Shown here piece after piece: positions 52,758 through 64,000 of a DNA stretch of 64,000 nt. The notes under the pieces were generated by a model. The model ran no database searches, was not told where the DNA came from, and worked only from the letters and a program-made list of their open reading frames with translations. This stretch comes from Octopus sinensis (Eukaryota). The DNA lies in NCBI RefSeq assembly GCF_006345805.1, contig NC_043010.1, positions 55,180,001-55,244,000 on the forward strand, written 5' to 3'. Both the position numbers and the translations under genes were made by a program. Within the stretch, counting starts at the first letter, position 1; every line of letters begins with the position of its first letter.

Positions 52758-55570
52758 TTCAAAGGAATTCCAACGCTGTCTGTTTTTTTTATGTTTTATT
52801 CATATTCTTTATAATATTAATGTAGAATATAGAATATATAGTATAAATAGTATAGTAAAATGAAATGAAGTATTGATTGTCTTATTGAATGGATGAAATA
52901 TTGAATATCAAATATTAAGGGACTAGTATACTTTCTTGCATTTAAGCAGTCTGCAAGGTCCCAGGTTGTGACAGGAATGTTTCGACTGTAGTTGACTGGC
53001 TGTCTTTCGTCCTTTATATACATTCCTGTGGACAGTAGTAGTAGTAGTTGCTTGGTTATTTTTAGAGATGATGCCAAACCATTTTTCAATGTTTATTTTT
53101 TAAAATTATGACAGCAGTACTTTTTAGAAATTTTTTGTGTTTTAGTTATAGGGATAAGATTTTTAAACCCCAAATAATATTAATTTAATCATTGTTTGTT
53201 AAGCTTGGGTTTGAATTTCTTAATAAAGTCCTTTTATCTCAGTTTTCTCTCAATTTCATTCAGGCTGTAAAGTTTATGAAATGAGAATATCATAAAAGTT
53301 ATCTGACCACATGTTGCCAGATGGTTACTCAGTGGTATTCGGCAGACTTCTGGGTTTTTAATTTGTTGTCGATGCACACGCGAGCGTTTTGATAATGCAT
53401 TACCTGTCTGGACAACATACAGTTCTTCACAATTGTGAAGAACTGTAAACTATGGTTTATTGTTTTCGACAAGATATTCCACGCAGTATCCTTTAAGTAA
53501 TACAGGTCGACGACGGAAACAAGTACAGGATAATTCATACGATTTCCGTACATGCATTAAAATTTATTATAAATAGAATGAATAATAAAAAGTGAGAATA
53601 ATTGGCACGCTTTTTAAAAGATACAGTTGTAGCTTAACATGTTAATAGAAAGCGAAAGGTACTTGATCGAAGAAAATGATTAATTTTTTCTATGATTTGA
53701 TCGAAGCGATCAATATATAAATAGTAGTTGACAGAGCGGGAACAATTAGGATACGTGACTAGCAGTCAGGTGGAAATTTGATTCTAGCGGTTTGTTAAAA
53801 AGTTTGGAGTGCGTGTGTATATGCATGCAAAGTAGTGTATCCCTGTTAGGAGTGGGGCAATGGTGATGTTGCATGTATGTTTGTTTAACTCTGTGTAGAA
53901 TTGGGTATGAGTAGTTTTATAATAGCGTAGCTTTGCGTAGTGAGGGGTTTGTGCGTGTTGGCTTGTGTGCTTTTGCGTGTGTATGTGTGTGCTTGTGTGT
54001 GTACTCGGTAAGTATTTGTATGAATACAGTTTGGATGTGAGGAGTTTGGAGACTGACACAAAATGGATGGCAAGGAGCACTGGCAAGTGTGATAGACGGG
54101 GGCGCTTTTTGCACGAGAATAAGTACAAAGAGAAGAGAAAGCGGCAACTTGTGAAAGATAAGGAATCTAAAATAAGGAAAAAACAATATTTGAATTTTAA
54201 AAATCAATGGTAATATGTATAAAAACAAAAGAGAGAGAAGATTTACGAGTTCTGCTGACAGAAGTAAAGTCATTTATATCCTACAAAACAGCGACGAAAA
54301 ACTAATAAAGCAAAAGCGAAAGCATATTTTAGAGTTCTTAGCGCGAAGAAAAGTTATTGAAAAATTCCTGTACACTGTTGAAATTAACATATGTACATAC
54401 ATCGAGGTAAACTCTCGTATTTCGGGAAAGAGGGCTTTGTAAATTTGTTAATGGTAATGAAGTGTATGTGTTGCACATTAGTTCACATTCTCCGTCAAAC
54501 TACCTTTGCCTGACAGGTACAAAGTGTACCATAGATCGGGTGTCAAGGTGATCGTCTGTGCAACGCGTGTTGACGTGTTTTGCTCAAGAACTCAACGGAC
54601 CACCCGGTCATGGAATCTCCGCCATGCGCCCTCACACGCACAGGCACAGATACATATACACACAGATATATCCATATACCCATAGGGATAGATAAATGGA
54701 TAAATAGATAGACAGATAGGTAAATAGATTGATTGATTGAGACAGTGAGAGACGAGTGAGCAAGAAAGGTTGAGAGGGAGGAGAAGGGGAAGAGATACGG
54801 GAACCTTTCATGCCAGGTGGCGTTGTGTTGTTGCTCACTAGAATTTTCTTTAACAATATACGTATATTATTACTATTTTACCGTTGTTCTCCATCTTATT
54901 GTTGTTGTTATACGTGACTGATGTACTGCTTTTCTTGAGGGAAAGTCATTATCTTTTTCAATGCTCTTGTTTTTTTTTATCTTTTTTAATTGGGTATTTT
55001 TATTTCTATTTTATGGATTTTTTTTTCTTTTGACAGCAGTGAGGTTCTTTGTCTCGGGGCGTATTCTTAAACGCAAGCCGAGGTTGCAGATGAAAATAAT
55101 CTTAACAAAAAAAATATATGAAATGATAATATTCCATTGCTAGAATTACTTTCAAGATGTTCACAGGAGGCCGTGAAATGATATAAGAACCTAGACGAAA
55201 ATTATATTTTTCAGTTTCAATTGAAAAAAATCATCCGCAAATTTGTGGACAAAAAAAATTAACGTCACCGTTACTGTCAAATTAAATAATAACAAAAATA
55301 ATAAAAATAATAATGATAACACTGATAATAATAACAATTATGAATAAACGAAAACTACTACTAATAATAATCCTTTCTGAAATTTGTGGGATGGCGGTAA
55401 GTCGATAATATCGACCTCAGTCCTCAACTAGTACTTATTTTATCGATCCCCAAAAAATGAACAGCAAAGTCAAATTTCAAATCAAAACGTGAAGACGAAT
55501 GAAATAACACTGAGACATTTAGAACTGCCCTCAAAATAATAATAATAATATTAATAATAATAATAATAAT

Positions 55571-55720
55571 GTGGTAAATAGCTTGCTTATCAACCACATG
55601 GTTCCAGGTTCAGTCCCACTGCGTGGCTCCTTGGGCAAGTGTCTTCTACTATAGCATCGGCCGACCAAAGCCTTGTGAGTGGATTTGGTAGATGGAAACT
55701 GAAAGAAGCATGTCGTATAT
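55571..55720 (+). mobile_element. SINE family B head
   Basis: gtggtaaatagcttgcttatcaaccacatggttccaggttcagtccc...gaaactgaaagaagcatgtcgtatat. Confidence 0.9.
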
Positions 55721-55724
55721 ATGT

Positions 55725-55930
55725 CACGTGCTGCACAAAGTTTTGTCAGTGAACAGGTCGCGGTCTCAAAGCGACGAAAATATTTTGACAAATTAAATTT
55801 AAATGTTGAAGTGAATCTATGGGTTTTGCGTGTTTCTGAAATAGCATATAAACACCTTCCACGCTGCAATTGTTTTCGTTCCAGCACGCGATCTCAGATC
55901 AAGCCACTCGCTATGCAAGTATATCTCCGT
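55725..55930 (+). mobile_element. One-armed copy of the fold-back element at 11921
   Basis: gtgctgca..ttttgtcagtgaacaggtcgcggtc...gctgcaattgttttcgttccagcacgcgatctcagatc matches 12060-12250. Confidence 0.88.
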
Positions 55931-55935
55931 AATAA

Positions 55936-55974
<39 letters not shown>

Positions 55975-56020
55975 TACATGTATACCTTTGTATATATTAT
56001 ATATCTTTTACTCTTTTTTC

Positions 56021-56429
56021 TCTTTTTACTTGTTTCAGTAATTTGACTGCGGCCATGCTGGAGCACCGCCTTTAGTCGAGCAAATCGACCCCGGGACTTA
56101 TTATTTTTGTAAGCCCAGTACTTATTCTATCGGTCTCTTTTGCCAAACCGCTAAGTGACGGGGACGTAAACACACCAGCATCGGTTGTCAAGCAATGCTA
56201 GGGGAACAAACACAGACACACAAACACATACACACACATAGATATATATATATATATACATATATACGACAGGCCTCTTTCAGTTTCCGTCTACCAAATC
56301 CACTCACAAGGCATTGGTCGGCCCGGGGCTATAGCAGAAGACACTTGCTCAAGGTGCCTTGCAATGTGACTGAACCCGGAACCATGTGGTTGGTTAGCAA
56401 GCTACTCACCACACAGCCACTCCTGCGCC
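56021..56429 (-). mobile_element. Full SINE family B copy
   Basis: Minus head aggcgcaggagtggctgtgtggtgagtagc...; 3' end cagtcaaattactgaaacaagtaaaaaga. Confidence 0.92.
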
Positions 56430-56491
56430 TATATATATATAGTCGCATACACAGATACACACACGCACACACACGTATATACATATGTATA

Positions 56492-56758
56492 TCACCGTCA
56501 CCGTGTCCGACCAGGCTACCAGATGTTGCTGCATATCGCTGGTCACAATGCGTTTCAAATTGTTTTAGCCTTCAAATGACGCCACTGCGAGCAGGCCAAC
56601 AGAAGAAAGAGTGATAGAAAGTTGTGGCGAAAGAGTACAGCAGGGATCGCCACTACTCCCTGCCAAAACCTCGTGGAGCTTTAGGTGTTTTCGCTCAATA
56701 AACACTCACAACGCCCGGTCTGGGAATCGAAACCGCGATCCTACGATCACTGGGCCAT
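56492..56758 (-). mobile_element. tRNA-derived SINE family C (internally deleted)
   Basis: Minus head tggcccagtg...ggatcgcggtttcgattcccagaccgggcgttgtgag (B box GTTTCGATTC); tail cacggtgacggtga(ta). Confidence 0.85.
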
Positions 56759-57389
56759 TTCTCCTCCACATATATATTTTTAGATTTGTACAAATAGAAT
56801 TTATCGATTTATACATGACCACGTAGTGTGTCGCATCTATTGCATAAGAAGGCGACATGTTCTCATGAAAAACTAAATCTGTTAATAAGTGCAATATACC
56901 TCCACAGAATAGAGTTATTTAACAATGGCATGACAGTAACTTTGCTTTGAGATATGTCTGTGTATTCTGCGTAGGAGATCAAAGCAAACCACCAAGATAT
57001 CTTAATCAATGACAGACACCGTCTAACGCTTGTGTACTTTGATAGAGACATCGATCTATTACCAATGAAATATCACCCGGAAGGAATTCGCAATTCTATG
57101 AATGATCTTACGTTTCTAAATAAAATTCACGGACTTGATGTGCGTGTAAGGAAGAATAGTACTTATATAAATTGGTATCCTGAATACTCTGTGAAAATAC
57201 AAAAAATAACCACCAAGAATAACATCACAAAACTAAATACGAGTCATCAACGTATGCTAAATTCAATGGAAGACTCACCAAATTCACCGGGGAGTCTGTA
57301 CAAACTCTCTATCCAAGAAAAAAACTCACATATTCTGCACAATAGTATTCTACTAATAATATTTATACGGCAGTAATATTAGATATATA

Positions 57390-57659
<270 letters not shown>

Positions 57660-57660
<1 letters not shown>

Positions 57661-57860
57661 AGCAACAGAGGAAAGCATGTCATGAAATTAACACTGGGGT
57701 ACATATATGCGAAATCCGATGTACCCATTATGAAAATCCGTCCGTTAAGTTTACACCAGGCACGTGCATCGCGACCATATGTGCGCGACATGGCGAACTC
57801 CTATCAAGATAACCAGGGCATGCCCTTGCAGATGAAGTCCAGATAGAATTTCTTCTTGTG
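57660..57860 (-). mobile_element. Diverged family E retroposon 3' part; its tail is the adjacent (ATT)n
   Basis: Reverse complement aligns to 50650-50860. Confidence 0.7.
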
Positions 57861-58384
57861 CTGTAGCTCATCCCGCTCATAGTTATAATTATCATCATTA
57901 TTATTTTCTGTTTGGACTTTCCTTCGTGTTTATCCATGCATAGTGATTGAAATTTTCCTCCAGAGATCCCAAAAAAACAAATTATGACGCGAGTTATTGA
58001 AAACTCCCATGTTTCATGTCGTTTTCTTTTGTGATGAAAATTAAAAAGGTCGGTTATAAGAAAAGTTACCGATCTTCACATGAGAGAGAAGGGCAATTGC
58101 TATTACGTATTTTAAAAATTATTTTTGTTTTGTTTACAGATTACCTTTTTTGGGGAATTACATAGACAATAGCTATCGGAGGATATTAGCAGGTCTCACT
58201 AACAATATTTTTGTATTTCCTCCATTATTCACGTTCCAGAATAAGATTTGTTTGTGGTTGATGAACGAAACACCCAAGATTTCAGAAGTGAATTATTCAA
58301 ATTCCAAAGAATTCCCCTCAAAACATGGCTATGATGCCCCCCCCCCCCCACAATAACTGTACGCGGGATCAGACATATATATAT

Positions 58385-58580
58385 CGTGAGCCACCAAAGT
58401 ACATGCTCAAATGGCTTAAGTGAAGCATCTGAGAAGCAAATCTGTGTTACTTAGCAGAATATTTGCTGTAGTCCATCTTTTATGCCAAGACAAAACATGA
58501 ACATTATAGCACTTCCAATCAGTCAAGAACAGAATCCATAATATCCAATGCCAGATGTTGCATCAGAGCATTAATTGGCG
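58385..58580 (-). mobile_element. Family E retroposon 5' part
   Basis: gagaagcaaatctgtg...gcagaatatttgctgtagtccatcttttatgccaagacaaaaca is the reverse complement of 50377-50450. Confidence 0.75.
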
Positions 58581-59065
58581 ATGATTGTCATTGAAATAAA
58601 AACAATCAAAATTTCTTCAATTGCCAAAACAATAAAAAGAAGACAAAGAAAAATAATATCTTCCACATCACAACATTGAGAGAATCATGTAAAAAATGTC
58701 CATGAATAGAAGTGGTTAAAAAAATATACAATATGCTATCGATAAATATCATTTTATTATATATATTCCTCTAATACACCACTATGTATTTAAACATAAA
58801 CCCAAACAGAAACACACATATGCATATATATATGTATATACATGTGCCTCTTTGTGTGTGTTTTTCTGAGCATAAGAGGAAAATAGCGACTAACAGAATA
58901 CACTAAATACACACCTGTGACTCTCAACTATTTTAAACTTGCAAGTCATTGATTGTTTATGTTAATGTAACAGAATTTTTATCTTGAAATAGCAAAGTAA
59001 TACAAAAAAGTATTGTTACTGAAATAGTTTTCAAATGCAAGAGATATTGCTATATAACGAATCTA

Positions 59066-59482
59066 TAAGGTGGCGAGCTGGCAGAAGCGTTAGCGCGCCA
59101 GGCGAAATGCGTAGCCGTATTTCGTCTGCAGTTACGTTCTGAGTTCAAATTCCGCTGAGGTAGACTTTGCTTTTTATTTTTTCGGGGTCGATAAATTAAG
59201 TACCAGTTATGCACTGGGGTAGATATAATCGACTTAATCCGTTTGTCGGTCCTTGTTTGTCCTCTCTGTGTTTTGCCCCTTGTGTGTAGTAAAGAAATAG
59301 GTATTTCGTCTGCCGTTACGTTCTGAGTTCAAATTCCGCCGAGGTCGACTTTGCCTTTCATCCTTTCGGAGTCGATAAAATAAGTACTAGTTACGCACTG
59401 GGGTCGATATAATCAACTTAATGCGTTTGTCTGTCCTTGTTTATTCTCTCCGTGTTTAGCTCCTTGTGTGTAGAAATAGGTA
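59066..59482 (+). mobile_element. SINE family A with duplicated internal module
   Basis: taaggtggcgagctggcagaagcgttagc head; module tatttcgtctgc..gttacgttctgagttcaaattccgc..gaggt at ~59118 and ~59302. Confidence 0.92.
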
Positions 59483-62089
59483 TTTATCAACAATTAAAAA
59501 TCCTTCAGTCTCTGTTTGAGTATTGAGCTTCTCAGCCATTGTTGGGCTTTTGCTTTGTCTATTTCTTTTCTGTTTAGTTTAAATTTCTTTTTGTCGTGTT
59601 AAAATTTCTTTTCCGTTCCATAGAAATTTCTGTTCCGAGAAAATAAAATCATATTTTACTTCGAATAAAGTTACCATGAGATTATAATTTGGAAATTATA
59701 ATTATCTATTTCTTTTATGAAAGCAATTTTAGTTTTCTGGAATCCTTAAAAATAAACAGGGCTACTACGCACCAGGAATGTGATTAAGAATTTCATATTA
59801 ATCTTAGAACTGATTTTAGAAATCATTCTGTGCTGAACTCTAATAATATCTTTATTCAAGCTCCGTAGAATATTTCTATTCATCACAATGTGAAATATTG
59901 TTCGCCATTTCAGATAAATATCTTCTGATTTCTAAAGAAAAATCAACCACGAATATATATCACACAAATTCATAAACCAACGTTGCAGTGAAGTGATTTC
60001 AAAATATATAGTTTTAAATAAATTCACACAGCACTACTAGCTACTACCCTCCGTTTCACCTCTCATCTTTTCTCTTAATATTTCATCACGCTTCAGTCAT
60101 TTAATAGCACTCATAGATGAATAAATTTCATATTTTATACAATATTTATTTTTCCTACCAAGTAGGTGATTATTATAATTCCACTCTTAATATAAAACAT
60201 AATTATTTTAGATTACATAGGTTTTAATGTGAGTCTATTAACAAACATACCCAATACCAGTTAAATGGTGCTTAAATATTATTTAATTATAGGATTTATT
60301 ATATTCTATTGTATTCACATAAATAATAGCATAATTGACACACTAGTCCGTCTACTCAAATTTAAATTCTAATGCATAATTTCCACCGCCTACAAATAAA
60401 TTCACTTTCTAATCTGTATCATTTAGTACTCCACTGTTAAGGGAAAAAGAAAACACATCAGCAAGGATTGTAAGTATAACATTTCATACAGGTAATAATT
60501 TCAAAGTAACAATGATAACTGGGCATATTTCGGAGCATGAAACGTGGCATTGTTTTCTGTTGAGAAGGCAGTCGTACAGATATATTCAAACAATGGTTAA
60601 GCATATGTATACAAATGTGTGCATGGCAGAATGATCCTTCTGATCATTATTATAAAACTATAAATCCTACCTTAATATCAGTGAGATTGAAAGAAAGACC
60701 CACGGATTACAATAAGGGAAGAATGCTGGAGAAGAGAAAATTTACATCGAAATTTCAGAAGATGCAGGATATGCCTTGCTGAGGAAGTAATTATATTAAA
60801 ATAATCTCTCCGCCACTAAAGAACTAAGTTAACTATCAGAGGGACATTTTTCGTTCCTACCAGCATGAGAAAATCGCGATCATTTGTATACAGGTGCCGC
60901 TATGATTATAACTGCCAGGAAATCAACCATCGTACATTCCACCATCACAGTATGACTTTTCAGTAACGGTTCTGAGTACACTAAAACATATACACATGGA
61001 AACGTGCGCATATGAACGCAAATACAAGAGTGAAGGTTTGAGCGTATACCCAACCCCCACTCTAAAACCATCTGCATAAAGATGTGTGTGTGTGTGTGTG
61101 TGTGTGTTTATACATATCTACAAATATATTTATGTATGTGTTTGTGCATGCTTGTTTATGCATTTGTATATATGTTACGTTATCTTATACATATGTAATA
61201 GGTATGTACATATATGTATGTTAGTCTGTATATTTACACATGCATGCATTCATAGGTGTGTATATAGATATATGAGTGCATTTTTCCATACGTAATAACA
61301 TACAGCACCCACTCATGCACGCACAGACACACACACAAATGTATGCGTATGTATGTTCACAGATCGATTGTTACACTTATTATTCACTCGCGTATTTGCG
61401 TAAGTTTGTGTTGAAACAAGGACATCTTTTATTTATTGTGTAATTCCGCATGAGATACACTGGCATTTTGTCTTATTGTTGGATTAAAATATTTACAAAA
61501 ATGTATTTTTGTATTAAATTCTTTCTTAAAATACTGATTGTTTGTTCTCTATAGTATCAAAAGGAAGATTGATTAAATTGTGCTGGGCAACATAGCAACT
61601 TGATTTATGAGCTAAATTTTAATTAAGCCCAGCAATATATTGTGATTTGTGATATTTTAAAAGATAGTTCATCTCCGAAATTAACGTCTCCCTTTTGGTT
61701 TAAAAAGTGATATTTAATTTTGTTTTGCGTTATCATTGTTTATTTTGAAACATATATTTACATATAATACCCAAAAGTTTCACTACACTTTCCGCTAGTA
61801 AATATTGCATTACATATGATTTTGTAACATTTTAACGTGGTGTGTATGTTTGGTTTCATATTTTGACACAAGACCAGCATATTCAGGGAAGAGATTAATT
61901 TGATTGCTCAACTGTTACTTATCTTGTCGACCATGTAAGGCAAAGCTTTTGAGCTCAAACCTACAGCGGGACGAAATGCTGCTAAGTAATTTTATCTGCG
62001 CTGTAACGATTGTGTCTGCTCGCCGTATTCTCAGGGTGTATATATTTGTTTCAAAGTTTGATACAATGCCAGTAATTTATGAGGACTGC

Positions 62090-62460
62090 TTAAGTCGATG
62101 GCATCGACACCAATGTTCCACTGGTATCCATATCCTCAACCCTGAAAAGATGAAAATTAAAGCCGAAACCGGTGGTATTTCAACTCAGAATGTAAAGTCG
62201 GGAAAATGCCACCAAGCATTTTTTCCATCGCAGTAACAATTCTGCCAGCTCGTAGCATTTAAAATATGCAAATACTAACAAACCGTGAAAGGAAGGTAGC
62301 GACATTTTGTTCGTCTTCACCGAGTTCAAGATTGCCTATCCTCCTTTCGGGATCGATAAAATATGTACCAGTACATCACTCGTGTTTATGTAACCAACTC
62401 ACCTCCTCATACGGAAACCTTGACCTTGTGCCAAAATTCGAAAGTAATCTTAGAAAGAAG
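62090..62460. mobile_element. Two degenerate SINE family A pieces in opposite orientation
   Basis: Minus piece ending ctgccagctcg (~62250) and plus piece aaggtagcgac...gggatcgataaaatatgtacc. Confidence 0.55.
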
Positions 62461-63649
62461 CCCTTATTTAATTAGGGAACATGATTGGAACATGAAGTGA
62501 ATGTTACTGTTCGTAGTTAGTTTTACCTTTCTTTTGCGCTGTTATATTTGCTTTATTTACTTATAACTTGTACTCACTAATATTTCATTTATTTTGTATT
62601 TATTGATATCCCTGATATTTTAGACATAGTCTTTTTTTATTGTCCTATACTTTGAGGACTCTCATTGTGCATATGATTTATTGCCCTCCACTCTTTCAAG
62701 CTTATTTTATCCTCACTTCCATTGCCATATATTTTTTCTTCATTCAATTGCTGTTTGTTATTTCTATACAGTGTAGATGCGCTTTATATTTGAGAAACCA
62801 CCTATATTGCCTTTATCGTTAAATTCTATTTGGAATAACTTCAGGCAAAATATCAGACCTGTCTATATGATTCAGTATATATACTTTCCATTTTTTCCCC
62901 TTTCTAACAGCATATTGATCGTTTATAACCATTACAATACTTTAATGAAATCATGAATATTATAACTTTCTACATCGTAATCTTACACATTTACCTACTA
63001 ATGTTGACATAAACATTAAAATATGTAAATGTAATTATGGATACCGTGATTTCCTGAATCAGTCTGAATCAGTCCGATACACATTTACATACTCACGGTT
63101 CCACAACTATTAAAATATTTAAATGAAATAATGGATATTGTTATTTTCTACTTTGGCGTGACACACATTTACCTATATATTGTTTTATAGAGATTAAAAT
63201 ACGTTAATGAAATTATAAACATCGTCATAGTCTGTCACATCTTTAAACACATTTGAATATTCATGCTTTCATATATATTAAAATACGTTAATGAATTTAT
63301 AATACTTTAATTTCCCATATCAATGTAGCATACATTTATGTACTCGTCGCTTCATGCTCAAGTAAAACACGTATATGAATTTTCTGTTCCCATAGTTATT
63401 AGTTTATACAAAATTTGCTATAGTTTTATAGCGTTGAATTTGTATCTGCGTCGGTGCCATTAGAGTTTAAGAAGTTTCATGAAAAAACTTTCATAGCTGA
63501 GCAAGTTTCTCCACTTTATCAAAATTCGAATGAAATTAGAGTGGGCGTTTCTTCAAGTACATAGCCAAAGTAAATTGTGTCTTTTTTTTTAAATGTTCAG
63601 AATACTATTACTTCGGGTGTTAACGAAGCTTCTTTCCCTAAAGAGGAGT

Positions 63650-63800
63650 GGCTATGTGGTAAATTGCTTGTTTACCAATCACATGGTGCCGGGTTCATTC
63701 CCACTGTGTGGCATCTTGGGCAAGTGTTTCTACTATAGCCTCGGGTCGACCAAAGCCCTGTGAGTGGATTTGGTTCATGGAAACTGAAAGAAGCCCGTCG

Positions 63801-63802
<2 letters not shown>
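63650..63802 (+). mobile_element. SINE family B head
   Basis: gagtggctatgtggtaaattgc...gggttcattccc...gaaactgaaagaagcccgtcgtatat. Confidence 0.9.
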
Positions 63803-63831
<29 letters not shown>

Positions 63832-63922
63832 ACATTCACAAAATTTTATTTGACAAGTTCTAGAGAGGAACGAAAGCGCTAATAATAATGAAGAAGTAAA
63901 AGAATTTATGTCGACTTTTTTT

Positions 63923-63957
<35 letters not shown>

Positions 63958-63961
<4 letters not shown>

Positions 63962-64000
63962 CGTGATCACCGTGACCGACCAGGCTATCAGATGTTGTTA
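63958..64000 (-). mobile_element. Tail of a SINE family C copy running off the window edge
   Basis: tcaccgtgatcaccgtgaccgaccaggctatcagatgttg after a TA tract, as at 56492. Confidence 0.8.

Noticed and set aside
52964-53015. Minus-strand hammerhead-like ggacga aagacag...cagtc GAAAC attcct GTC
   Set aside because: C3-U4 are mutated and stem I cannot be closed; fossil at most

Overview
AT-rich, repeat-dominated eukaryotic DNA with one 100-N scaffold gap (18693-18792) and no host gene that I can confidently identify. The SINE families, the dense (TA)n/(CTT)n/(AAT)n microsatellites and the TE mix look like a coleoid cephalopod, probably Octopus (inference from recalled repeat families, not from a search). 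Recognisable content: several decayed or non-autonomous Tc1/mariner elements and MITEs, a Tigger/pogo transposase pseudogene, a Penelope-like element 3' half with an open GIY-YIG ORF, a 5'-truncated R4/Dong-type RLE LINE, a CR1-type 3' tail, many tRNA-derived SINE copies, an orphan 28S rRNA fragment, and two near-identical local duplications. Almost all ORFs in the supplied track are microsatellite artefacts. The most interesting signal is non-coding: three unrelated, intact or near-intact type I hammerhead ribozyme motifs with palindromic stem III (17423-17470 +, 26727-26804 +, 39086-39154 -) plus decayed relatives. The best one lies inside a ~442-nt terminally redundant unit resembling a non-autonomous retrozyme or Penelope pLTR. 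There are also several long fold-back (hairpin) elements in or beside TA tracts. Coordinates were counted by hand; TE and SINE edges are approximate.
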